From contig JBOZIK010000001.1 of NCBI GenBank assembly GCA_051453625.1, positions 34,506,093 through 34,552,934 of the forward strand: 46,842 nucleotides of DNA. The letters run 5' to 3'. Within the stretch, counting starts at the first letter, position 1, and each line of letters begins with the position of its first letter. Shown here in pieces: positions 12,602-25,404 of the stretch. The notes under the pieces were generated by a model. The model saw only the letters and a program-made list of their open reading frames with translations, did not search any database and had not been told where the DNA came from. The position numbers and the translations under genes are program-made. Origin of the DNA: Welwitschia mirabilis (taxonomy: Eukaryota).

Positions 12602-13474
12602 GATGCAATAAATAAAAGGTATAATACAAATGCAAGTTGCAACCTAATCTAGCATGCAATGCAAAATAAAACTAATAATACTTGCTTTTAGCCTTAATAA
12701 AGGTTACCCTTGATGATCTATATCATCCAAAAAATTATTACTAGATCAAGGGTAATCATAAATTATAAGGATAATCTAAGAATATAACATGCAAATATGA
12801 AAACAAAATAAAGTTTTATATTAGGAATGAGTAACAAGAATCTTTATTACAAAATAGTTGGGCCTCAGTGGAGGATACATAGCCCTCCATCAAGTGCATG
12901 TCTTTCTGCAACACTAAAGACGAATCTCTTGCCCTTCGATCTCCTATCATAAGAATTTATAATGTAATGAAAATAAGAAAAAGAATCAAAGAAGGACATA
13001 TTTATAGGAAAATACAACAAAAAAAGATAAACAAAAGACACGGTAAGGCATACTGATTTACAATTAAGAAATGGATGAAATGGTCAAATGTCAGCTATTA
13101 AAGTTAGTTACATGACAGTGTCATTTTGACTATCATTCGAACGATAAGAGAACTAATAGCTCATTATAAAAGATAACTCAAAATGATAACTCAGCAATGA
13201 TCTAGTAGTCCACATCAACAACTTAGCAGTATCATTATCCTACATGTCATGGAAATGACGAAGGGAATGATGGTCTTCTTTTATTAATAATCCTTCTTTA
13301 AATCTTTGTACATTAGAATGTGCCTTCAATATATCAAATATGGATAAGAATCAAACATTTTCAAGATTTCCTATTGAATCTCCAAAATCCTTTGAATTGC
13401 ACTTAAACTTATATAAAATCCTACAAAACAACTCATAAAACTACATCAAATAACCACAAATTAATAGTATAACA
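12602..13474 (-). repeat. 3' LTR of element C (distal ~200 bp missing)
   Basis: Reverse complement aligns with the A LTR from 4613 to ~5470; the plus-strand right end reads ...agtataaca|tagccctccacttagtc (PPT). Confidence 0.82.
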
Positions 13475-14614
13475 TAGCCCTCCACTTAGTCTTTGTCAGT
13501 CCCTGACAAAACCTAGGCCCAAAAACATAATTAAAAGCTAATTTATTTTTGAAATATAGAGCTAGAATTATAAAAAAGGCTCATAAAACACATGATATAG
13601 ATAAATAACAAGTAATGCATAATGTGTATAAAAATTTTATTTCATAAAAGATTTGAATTAAGTTAAAAATGTTTGAAATTGAACCATAAAAATGAGTCTT
13701 CATCCCCTCCTTCCCCAAAGAAAAAGTAATATATTGGAAAATAAAGCAAAGAAAATAGGTAGGAGTGAGAAGATAGGTAAAAGAGGACAACTTCCTAAAA
13801 TGATGTATAAAGCTGAGTAAGTTAGATTTGAAAAATATAGATTTATGAAATATTCTAATAAGTAACTAAAAAGAGTGGACAATAAAAATGTCTTATTATA
13901 AAAATTATTAAGAGTAATGATTACAATACCAAAAATAAAATTTATCAAGAAAATATAATTAAAAATACATCTACTTTTATTAAAAACCAAATATGAAAAA
14001 CATTTAAGAAAATATAGTAATGACTTTTAAAAAACTAACTAAATCACAAAAGAAAATAAAAAGAATGAGCATAAGATCATAGAAGCAAAATATAACTTAT
14101 TCATCTAATATTTTAATCTAGTAGACTCTCATGAAAGAAATCATAACATCACTTAATGTGAAAATACCTAACTTGTATGAAAAATTTCATTTGATAAGGC
14201 AATGATTATGATTATGCTAAAAATAAAATAAATGATCAGACTAAAGAATTACTCAAAAATGAATTTACTATAGTTATTTAAAAATAAAACTCCTAAATCT
14301 CAAGAAGTGAAATGATCACATGAAAAGAATAAGAGTTTAGAAAATAAGCAATGCTTTTGATGACATCAAGAATACCACTGATCTTATAGACTCAAAGTTT
14401 TTATGATACATTATGAGAGAAGTGCAACCACCATTAGAAAAGTAAGAACCCGTGAAGCATGGCCAACTAACCTCTAGTGGAGTTTCCACAGCCACTATAT
14501 TACATTGCTAAAGGCTCTTTTTGGAAATATTTACCCTAGTGCACTTGCGATAGGATATCATGGTGATCATGTTTTCAAAATACGATGAATAAAACATCAT
14601 AGCCTTATTTAACA

Positions 14615-14669
<55 letters not shown>
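14615..14669. repeat. (TC)n microsatellite
   Basis: Long tctctc run; the equivalent sites in C2 (~17603-17625) and A (~3417-3429) are mononucleotide runs. Confidence 0.95.
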
Positions 14670-14670
<1 letters not shown>

Positions 14671-15444
14671 AAAAACAAAATAAAGATCTCATATAATTAA
14701 ATATTTCAAAAGATAAAGGTAAAAGTTATAAGATAAAGATAGGAAAGAATACTCTTAAACAATATAAGATCTTTTTACCATTGAGAAAAAAAATAAGCAT
14801 CTTCCTTCAAAATGAAGTTTGTGAATGTGTGAATGTCCTAAGATTAGGTGAATCTAATCTTACCACCAAAATGCCCCTCAAAAGAGTAGTCATAAAGATA
14901 AANNNNNNNNNNNNNNNNNNNNNNNNNNNNNNNNNNNNNNNNNNNNNNNNNNNNNNNNNNNNNNNNNNNNNNNNNNNNNNNNNNNNNNNNNNNNNNNNNN
15001 NNNNNNNNNNNNNNNNNNNNNNNNNNNNNNNNNNNNNNNNNNNNNNNNNNNNNNNNNNNNNNNNNNNNNNNNNNNNNNNNNNNNNNNNNNNNNNNNNNNN
15101 NNNNNNNNNNNNNNNNNNNNNNNNNNNNNNNNATCTAGATGATAGATATGACAATAGAGGTAGAGAAATAGAAAATTTATCAAAAAACATAGAAACTTAT
15201 TAGAAAGCTAGAAAATAAACAAAACAGATTGTAATCCTCTCTGTCATGAGAATGATAAAGGAGACAACATATTATTATTGCAGAAATAGAAATAGAAAAC
15301 TATAAAAAGAAATGAAAACTGAATACATCAAAATGAAATTAGAGACTATTAAAAGGAAAGATAAAAAGAAAATTCCAAGGCAAGAAAATGTTATTCAATT
15401 CCTAAATCTAAAATAAACTCTTATTAAAAAGAAATAAGGGAAAA

Positions 15445-16679
15445 TTAAGAATCTATTTTGGTCTTAAGATTTCAAGAGAAATAAGATCCAAACTAAAAAT
15501 TCACGAATTAATAAAATAGAAATGGTGTATAATTATTTTCAAGTAAAATCAATGGAATGAATCCACGAGTAATGGATAACACTCTATGATACCACATTAA
15601 AACATAAATTTTGAAAGTCAAAGGAAAGAGAAATGGTAACTCCAGTAAAAGATTTTCATTAAATGTAAGAGTTTTATTTTGATTATCAAAAAGAAGAGTA
15701 TATTCAGGTCCATTAAAAACATTTATTTCATCAAATTTAAATTATGATTTTCAATTTTTGGCTTATGTAATAGACAATCTCCCTTATAATATTTCTTAAA
15801 AATTTGGACTTCCTTACACTCTAAAGGTTATATTTCTTCTTCACTTTTAAGTTGTTATCATAAAGTACATGCTCATGTGATTTAATTTCTCCTTCTTTAA
15901 GTGGATGATGTTGTAGAAATAAAGTTGGTTTGATGTTATTTTCAATGTTTATTTTATCACCTAAATCTTTCTCAACTATGTAAAAGAATCTAATTGAAAA
16001 CATTCTATTTCCAAAATAACACTTTATTGTTCCAACTCTTATATTAATGATGCAATTGGTTGTTATACAAAAGGCTCTTCCTAGAAGTAAAGGGTATCCT
16101 TTGTTATGCTTAACTTCTATGATAATCACATCTATGAGATAGCAAGCCTCTTCTATTTGTATTATCAAATCTTTAATGATGCCTAATGGTTTCTTAATTT
16201 AAGTGTCTACTAATTTTAAGACAACTAGAGTAGGCTCTATTCTATCCTCAAAACCATGTCTCTTACAAATGTGAAGTTACATAATGTTAACACTCACTTC
16301 AATGTCTATTAAGGCTTTTCTAATCTTTTTCTTTTCCTCTAAAGTAATATTCATCATAACTGCTCCTAAATCTTCAAATTTGGGTGATTTTTGTAAAACT
16401 AAGTTCATAAGGGATTGAGCTAGAAAAAGTTTGCTAGGGATAACTTATTTTTGTTTTCTTCTTATTAAGACTTTCCATAATTTTGAGTACCTCAGTTTTA
16501 TTACAAAAGTTTCCAAAAGGGTAAGTTTCTGCTCACATTTTTAATCAAGGCCTTTAGATGTTAATTAAAAGTTGAATTATTAATAATCCTATCAAACAAA
16601 GTGGTTTATTGAGAAGGATTTTTCTTTTTCTTTTTTCTAAGAAAAGGGAAGTTATAATCTTCTAATATTTTAATTTCAT
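15445..16679 (-). pseudogene. gag C-terminus, protease and hydrophobic tail (copy C1)
   Basis: ORF 15821-16168 IEVKHNKGYPLLLGRAFCITT; upstream KALIDIEVSVNIM; ends ...KTKIDS*. Confidence 0.85.
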
Positions 16680-18399
16680 NNNNNNNNNNNNNNNNNNNNN
16701 NNNNNNNNNNNNNNNNNNNNNNNNNNNNNNNNNNNNNNNNNNNNNNNNNNNNNNNNNNNNNNNNNNNNNNNNNNNNNNNCTAAATGAATGCAAAGCTGAG
16801 TAATGTCAGATTTGAAAAATATAGATCTATGAAATATTGTAATAAGTAAAGAAAAAGAGTGGATAATAAAAATGTTTTGTTACAAAAATGATTAAGAGTA
16901 GTGCTTACAACACCAAAAATGAAATTTATTAAGAAAACCCAACTAAGCAAGAAATCTACTTTTATTGAAGACTAAACATGATGATTAAGAAAATATGATA
17001 ATGACTTTGAAAGAACTAACCAAACCATAAAAGAAAATAAAAAGAATGGACATAATGTAATAGGAGTGAAATATAGTGTACCAATCTGATATTTTAACTT
17101 AATAGACTTCCATAAAAGAAATCATAACATTACTTGATGTGAAAACATGACTTGATGTATGAAAAATTCCATTCGATAATGCAGTGGTTATAATGATGCT
17201 AAAGATAAAATGAATGATCAGACCAAAGAATTACTCAAAAATAAACTCACTCGCTAAAACAAACATTCAAATCTCAAGAAATAAAATGAGCATGTGGAAT
17301 AGAAAAAGAGTCTAGAAGACAAGTAATGCCTCTGATAACATCAAGAACACCACTTGATCCCATAGTCTCAAAGTTTTTATTATAACTTTATTATCCATGA
17401 CGAGGGGAGTGCAGCCATTATTAGAGAAGTAAGGACCCATGAAGCATGTCTAATTGACCTCCCAGTGGAGTTCCCACAGCTATCATTTTACAGTGCCAAA
17501 GGCTCCTCTTGGAAATATTTACCCTTATATACTTGCGGTAGGACATCATAGTGACCATCTTTTTAAAATATGACAAATAAAACATCATGACCTTATTTCA
17601 CCTCTCTTTTTTTTTTTTTTTTTTTGAAAATAAAACAAACACTCCACATGACCAAACATTCTAAAAGACAAAGTGAAAGTCGTAAGATAAAGATAGAAAA
17701 GAACACTCTTAAGCAATCTAAGACCTTTTCACCATTGAGAAAAATAAGCATCTTCCTTCAAACTAAAGTTCATGGACGTGTGAATGTCCTAAGATTGGGT
17801 GAATCCAATCTTATCACCAAAATGTGCAAATCAAAAAACTAGTTATGAAGATAAATACATATGTTAATTTTGAAAAATGATCAAGTAATACCATAATAAC
17901 CTCCAAAGGAAAAAGCTAAGAGAAAATTCAGATGATTTTGCTTATGTAATTTTAAATTTTGCCCATTTAGTTCCTGCAATTCTTAAGCAGTCAAGTCAGA
18001 AATTTCAACAGAGCCATAAAAATGTATTTTCTCAAATAACAGAAAACAAAAATCGTGATTTTATTGACTATCATCCTTCTTATCATCCAAATAACAAAGA
18101 GGAGGACAGAGACAGAGAAACAGAAAATTTATCAGAAAATATAGAAAATTATCAGAAAGTTAAAAAACTAATTAAAACTAATTGTCATCCTATCTGTCAT
18201 GCACATGAAAAAGAAGACAACAGATTATTTTTACAAAAATATAATTAAAAAGAGTAAACAGAAACAAAAACTGAAAATAGAAAATGAAACCAAAGACTAT
18301 CAAAATAGAAAGCTGGAAAGAAAATAGCAAGGCAAATAAATTTTATTCAATTCCTAAATCTAACTCATACTTTTATTGAAAAGAAAGAAGAAGGGAAAG

Positions 18400-20920
18400 T
18401 TAGGAATCTATTTTGGTCGATGTACAATTATTTCCAAGTAAAATTAATTGGATGAAGATAGGGATAATGAATAACACTCTATGATATATTTTGGAATTTA
18501 AAGGGGATAAAAATGGTAACTTTGGTAAAATATTTTCATTGAATGTAAGAGTTTTATTTTGATCATCATAAAGAAAATTATATTCAAGTCCATTAAAAAT
18601 ATTCAAACTAAAATTATGATTTTCAATTTGTTCATGTAATGAACAATCTCCCTCAAGGTGTGAATCAAAAAGTTGGACTTCCTTAAACACTAAAGATTGT
18701 TTCTCACTCTTAAAGTTAGATGTATCAATGGTTTCTTCAATCTCAAGTTGATTATTATAAAGTATAGGTTTATGTGATTCTATCTTTCTTTCTTTAAGTG
18801 GATGATGTTGTAAGAATAAAGTTGGTTTGATGTTATCTTCAATGTTCATTTCATCACCTAAATCTTTTTTAGCTACATCAAAAACTCTAATTAAAAACAT
18901 TCTATTTCCAAAGTAACATTTCATTGTTCCAGCTCTTGTGTCAATGATGCAGTGGGCTGTTGTACAAAAGGCTCTTCTTAGAAGTAAAGGGTATCCTTTG
19001 TTATGCTCAACTTCTATGATAATCACATCTATTGAGTAGCAAGCCTCTTTAATTTATATTTTCAAATCTTTAATAACACCTAATGGTTTCTTAACTAAAG
19101 TGTCTACTAATTCTAAGATAACTGGAGCAGGCTCTATTCTATCCTCCAAATCAAGTCTCATACAAATGTAAAGTGGCATAATGTTAACACTTGCTCTAAT
19201 GTCTATTAAAGCTTTTCTAATCTTTTTGTTTCCCTATAAAGTAACATTCACCGTTGCTACTCTTGGATCTTTAAATTTGGATGATTTTTGTAATACTAAA
19301 TTAATAAGGGTTGTGCTAGAAAGACTTTGTTAAGGATAACTCATTTTTGTTTTCTTCTTATTAAGTCCTTCCATAATTTTGAGTATCCTGGATTTTTTTG
19401 CAAAAGTTTTTAAGAGGATAAGTTTATGCTCACATTTTTCATTATGGCTTTGAGATGTTTGTTAAACATTGAATTGGTGTTAAGTCTATCAAGCCAAGGG
19501 GTGATTTGTTGAAAAGGATTTTTCTTTTTCTTTTTTCTAAGAAAAGGGAAGTTATAATCTTCTAATATTTTAATTTCCTCTTACTCTTCTTTTTCATCAT
19601 TTCTAAAGTTATTTTTGGAGGTTAAGATTCATTTGAAGGAGAGTTTTCTTTTTGTCCACTTCTTATTACAATCTTACAATCTTTTCTTAGTTCATGTAGG
19701 TTTGTTAAAGGTTTTATAGCTAATGTTCCTTAAGATCTTTGATTTACTAATATTGTTTGTTGAAACATGTTTAGCATGTTTTCCATGTTGATATTTATTC
19801 TTCTAAGTTCTTTTGTCAGGTTTGTGAATTGATCATTTGGATATTAAAAGTTTGATGGTCTTGGATAAGTATTTAAATTTTCAAATCAGTTTCTAAAAGG
19901 TTAAGAATTATAATGGATATAAGTGTTTAACTTATATTATGCCTAATTTTGATTCCTAAAGTTTTAAAATGGTTAGTTGAATGTACAAATATCTTCCAAT
20001 ATTCTTTCTTTGTATGTTAGAAAAAGAGGATAGTTTTGGTAACATGATAATCATCCTCACATAAATCACAAGTTTGCATAACATTTATTTTGGTTGTGGA
20101 TTTGGAATCTAAGAGCATTTCTACATAATTCTTCAAGGTTATTATAAAGTATCTCATAGCATTTTTAGGATTGGATTCTATCTCTTTTTGTTATTTAACC
20201 TCTTTTAAGTCTCTGATAAGTTAGCCTATAATTGAATTTTCTTTAGGATTTAACCAAGTTTGACTAACCTTCATAAGTTCTTTTAATTTTGTCCAAACAT
20301 TATCTAATGTAAGGTTTATAAGGTTTCCTTCACAAGAAAAATCTACAAGTTATTTCGTGTATAGAGTTAGTCCACTATAAAAGTAGTTTATTAGTTCTGT
20401 TAGTGAAAAGACATCTATGAGATTAGAATGATAGGATACAAAGAAATGTTCATATGTGGAAGCATAGTCTTCATTTGGTTCTTGTTGAAAGTTTGTTACC
20501 TATTTTTCTCTTTTTCTTAAAATTTTTTCACTTATAAATCTTTTTACAAAGTTTCATAGACTTGATTCCCTATTTTTAAGATTTTGTAAGATATGATTTT
20601 TAGCCAATTTTTTACTCTATCCTTTAATGTCATATGAAAGATTGCTATATATGTTTTATTAGTTATTTTTTTCTTTCCATTTCTTGAGGTGAGGATTAAT
20701 TATTCTATATTTTCTATGTGTTTAAGTAGATTCTCATTATCTTCTCCACTAAAAATTGGGTAGGCATTCAAATTTTTAATCTCAACATCACCTCCTATGG
20801 CTAGATCAAAATAGGTTGAAATCTCTTATTTATTATTGGCTAACAACTCTCTATGGGTGAGGTTTGCATTAGGGGTCGAATACCTTATGACATATTTTTG
20901 GTTAGAGAGGTACTTGACAT
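18400..20920 (-). pseudogene. Degenerate gag, protease and tail (copy C2)
   Basis: ORF 18400-19026 (208 aa) covers the protease C-half through TKIDS*; KALIDIRASVNIMP at ~19175-19215; gag is colinear with 110-1700. Confidence 0.88.
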
Positions 20921-21018
20921 TGTGAATTGATTCTCTTCTTCTATAGGGTTTCTATTAAGAAAATCTAATTTAGAAAAAATAAATCTAGAAAGAGGATTGA
21001 GTGCACTTAGAGATTTGC

Positions 21019-21772
21019 AATCATAAATCATATGAGTAATCTAAGAATATAACATGCAAATATAAAGAAAAAAATAAAGTTTTATATTAAGAATGAGTAA
21101 CAAACATCTTTGTTATAAAACAACTAGGTCTCAATGGAGAATACATAGCCCTCCACCAAGTGCACGTCTTTCTGCAACACTCAAGATAAATCTCTTATCC
21201 TTCGATCTCCTGTCATAAGAATTCTTAGTAAAACAAAGATAAGGAGGAGAATCGAAGGGGAGCTCATTTAAAGAAAAAGATAGTAGAAATAGACAAACAA
21301 AAGGTGTGGTAAGGTACACTCATTTACAATTCAAAAATAAATGAAATGGTCAAAGATCAGCTATTAGAGTTGGTTACATAATAATTTCATCCTGACTATC
21401 ATCTAGATAACAAGGGAAATGATATCTTATTACAAATGATAACTTAGAATGATAACTTAGTAGTGATTTGAAAGTCCACATCATTAACTTAGCAATGTCA
21501 TCATCCTACATGTCATGGGGATGAACAAGGAGATGATGATCTTCTTTGATCATTTTCTTAAGGAGAAATTTAGTATTTTTATCAATAATCCTTCTCCAAA
21601 CTCTACGCGTCAAAATGTACCTTTAATACATTAAATCTAGATAAGAATTACACATTTCTGAGATTTCATATTAAATCTCTAAAATCCTCAGAATTGCACT
21701 TAAACCTGTATAAAAGTTCTATAAAACAACTCATGAAACCCCATTAAATAACCACAAATTACTAGCACAACA
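21019..21772 (-). repeat. 5' LTR of element C (U5, PBS and part of the leader deleted)
   Basis: Aligns with ~12755-13474; abuts the gag leader at 21018 with no PBS in between. Confidence 0.82.
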
Positions 21773-21980
21773 TTTATATTTTGAATAACAAGTTGACATC
21801 TAAATGGTTAAGTCCTTTTTTGGTAGAGAGAGTGTATTCTAAGGGCTCTATTAAGATTTCATATTTAGAGACTAAGAAGATTTAGAAAGTTAATGGATAA
21901 TGGTTGAAACTATACAAAGGATCTTTTGATGTAATTATGAACATGATAAAAGCACTTGTCTTGGAGGTTTTCCTTGTTTA
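21773..21980 (+). pseudogene. Integrase C-terminal remnant of element B (GPY/F region)
   Basis: Translates to LNNKLTSKWLSPFLVERVYSKGSIKIS...RFRKLMDNG, homologous to D's LHNKLTSKWLGPYLIKNIHSNGLVEIS. Confidence 0.85.
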
Positions 21981-23466
21981 AAAGGACTTTATTCCTATTA
22001 TTATCTAAGTTATTTCTTAGCTTATTCCTTTGGTGAATGTTATGATGTCACTTGATCATATTTTAGACTTGACTTATGTGTTGCTTTATGAAGTTTTGTA
22101 TGACTAGCATTCATACTTGGGTATTTTATAGTGGTACGATTGGATGAATTTAATCATGGGACATTCCCATATCTATGGAATATACCTTAAAATAAAATGC
22201 CTTAGTTCTTGTGCTTTTTGTTTTTCTTAATGTTATAAGGTATTTGGTTGTTTGAGAGCATTATTTCCCATATTTCATTTTACTTATTTATCTTCATCTT
22301 TTTGAGTATGTGATCACGTGGGAATTTTTATTAAAAAAAGGGATAAAGAAAAAATAATAATCATGACCTATTGTATTTTATAATTAAAGAAAAATACATG
22401 ATCACCATGATGTTCTACCACACTAAAATAAATTTTTTCAAGAGGAACATTTAACAATGTTGGTAGCTATGGGAACTCCACTGAAGATTAGTTAGTCATT
22501 CTTTGCAAGTCCTTACTCCTTTAACTATGGTTGCATTTCCCTCAATATAGAAAAAGCTATAATAAACTTTAAAGCTATGGAATCAGTGATGTTCCTAGTA
22601 TCATCAAAAGCATTGATTATTTCTTAAACTCTTAGTATCCCCACTTAGTTATTTTACTTTTGAGGATTTAGGTGCATTTGTGGGATGAGAGCAAGTGAGT
22701 TCATTTCTGAGTAGCTTTTGATCATGACATTCATTATTCTAATCACTTAAGCTTTGGTATCATTATAATCACTATTATTTTGAGTGGAACTTTATGGAGT
22801 TTATGCATTTTGTCATACATTTTTACTCAGGTGGATTTATAATGTCTTTTTTAGGACTTTGCTAAGTTAGTACTTAGTATAGATAAGAAATATTTATCTT
22901 GTTCCTTGTGTCCACTTTCATTTTATTTTTCTTTGATTTTTAAATTTATTATTTAAAAGTTGTTTTTACATTTTTTCATTCTTAGATAGGACCTTATCAT
23001 TTAGTTGTTTCCTTACTACTCTTTTATGTTAATATCATTTTTCAATTAACATTTGAATTTAGAAGAACATCTTTTCTGTTTAATAGTTGTTATGAGATTT
23101 CTTATAGCTTTTGAAGTTTTGAGCTTAATCTTGTCTTATTTTTCTATTCAAGCATATTCACTTAGTTTTTATTGATATGTTTTAGCCTAAATAGTCTGCT
23201 TTATTTAGCCATAGTTTTTCTTTTATTATGAGTTTATTTTTCCTTTTGATTTTCATGGTTTTATTCCTTATTTTTTGTTTTTCTTTGTTTTTCTGATAAA
23301 ATCTGATACTTGAATGATCATATATAAGCCTAATTTTGTTAGATGACATCTTTATTTTTTAGAATATTTTTAATGTCTTATCATCTACCTAGTCATCTAA
23401 ATAACACTGTGAGGATGATAGTCTAATGTTTTCAAAGAGTCGTCCTAGGGCTATCATCTGGATGAC

Positions 23467-24833
23467 TATTGCAGAGTGAATTTATGTAATCTAGAAATCC
23501 TTCCACTAAACTTGTAAATTAAGTAGTTTATAGAAAACACACTCTAATATAGATGGAAGTTAATTTAAATGTTATAATTCAATTAAGGCACTAGGCTTAG
23601 AGTTAGAAAATTGATTTGCCAAAGTATTTTTAGCCTTTTTGTCTTAGAAAAAATAAAAGGAAATAAACAAGTAAATGCTGAAAGGAAATGAAATATAAGT
23701 AAATGAAATGAAAATGGAAATAGAAATAAATCCTACTTAGATTATAGTCCTTTATCACAAAGACTACCTCTGTATAACTTATATTAATTAAAAAGAGTAT
23801 CTACTATTTCTTAACCAACATAAACTATGAGATCTTATCTAAGTAAGAACATATAATATGTGATATGAAATGGAATAAAGGACAATGAAAATATACTACT
23901 ACTAATCAATGTCAACTTTAACAAAGGTTATCCTTATAATCTAAATAAATCATAGGTTATTATTTTAACTATGACTAACTTAAACCATAAGGAACATTTA
24001 CAATATTGAAATGAAAGAGAAAATTGTATTAATCCAAAGAGAAATTAGAACAACATTTACTTATAATTACAACAATAGCATCTCAATTAAAGAGACACAT
24101 CCTAACATCAAGGAGACTCCTTTCTATAATACAGGATGGACCTCTTACCCTATAATCCTCCATCATAAGTATTGGATATAAAACAGGGATTAAAAATGGA
24201 GGAGGAGAAGGGTATTTATAGTTTTTCACTTGAAGATTTGAAGGCAAAACCCTAAAGGTGGGAAAAGGAAACCCTAATAACCCACATGGTTATTTAAACC
24301 CATTTACAATGATATTTATTACAAAAATGTAAAAATAGTTATCGTCCCGATTGTTGTCCACACAACAGAGGGGACAATGCCACCTAAACTACTTGAGTTG
24401 CATGCCCATGTGATACCGTCTACTACATGGGTTATCCATGAATGTTACTAATTCCATAATCTTATCCATCTTCTGCATGTCTGAGTAGATGATTCCCTAT
24501 CATCATGTACTCCATGTGCTACTGTTAGTACTACAGATTCTATCCATGTTAGTAGTCTAGTCATCTTGGATGTCATGGGGATGATTGAGGGGATGATAGT
24601 CTTCCTTTGCTCCTTTCTTCAAGGTAGTCAATATTTTACATCATAAAGTCCTTTTTCCAATTCTTTAGTATTAGAATAAGAATGATAAACTATTAAAAAT
24701 ACTAAGTATTACATTTTTACTAATCATTCTATTAGATCTTCATAGTCATCAGTATTGCATCAAAGCCTATATGAATGTCCTATAAAAGTACTCAAAACAC
24801 ACCATTAAATTTCCACAAATTAGCATTATAACA
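23467..24833 (-). repeat. 3' LTR of element D (~1.37 kb)
   Basis: tattgcagagtgaattt...gcattataaca; colinear with 36571-37956. Confidence 0.92.
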
Positions 24834-24850
24834 TAGCCTCCTACTTAGCC
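24834..24850 (-). promoter_or_regulatory. PPT of element D
   Basis: Minus strand reads ggctaagtaggaggcta|TGTT. Confidence 0.85.
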
Positions 24851-25404
24851 TTGTTAGTCCTTAATAAAGCAAGTGCTCAACTAGATTGCAAGTCAATTTC
24901 TCTAAGTTAAAAAAAAAAGTGCTTAAAAGAATGTAAATTAAGTTCATAGAAAAATGATATCATTAATAGGTAATTAATATTAGTGCTGAAAAATTTTCTA
25001 AGCCCCATACTTAAGCATGTCACTATAGAATAAAAGAATGTGATACACACATAGGAATCATAAAAAGGTACTTAATGGCTCATAAGAGATGAAGATATGT
25101 ATGCATATTATATAATAATGAAAATGGACTAATGTGATAGCTTAAGTAGTACTATTTTTAAAACATGATGTCTTGAAATTCATTAGTATTATCTAAAAGG
25201 CGAGGAACAAAAGTAAATATAGAACAATTCAGATGATTAGAAAACATGGCTATAGAAAGACATGTGAAAGTACTGTTAAACCCTACATGATAAACTGCAT
25301 GAATGCTGTAAAGAATTTATTTGAATAGCATGAAAAAAATCTTCAAATAACCCAACATAAAATTAGATCATGAAATCTTAGAAATTAAAGATTTTATGCT
25401 AATA

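Larger units (their letters stand above)
12602..21772 (-). mobile_element. Element(s) C: Gag-protease-only family (same family as A) nested in B; two diverged internal copies separated by a 100-N gap
   Basis: Truncated 3' LTR 12602-13474, PPT 13475-13491, copy C1 to 16679, gap, copy C2 16780-21018, partial 5' LTR 21019-21772 ending ...gcacaaca. Confidence 0.8.
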
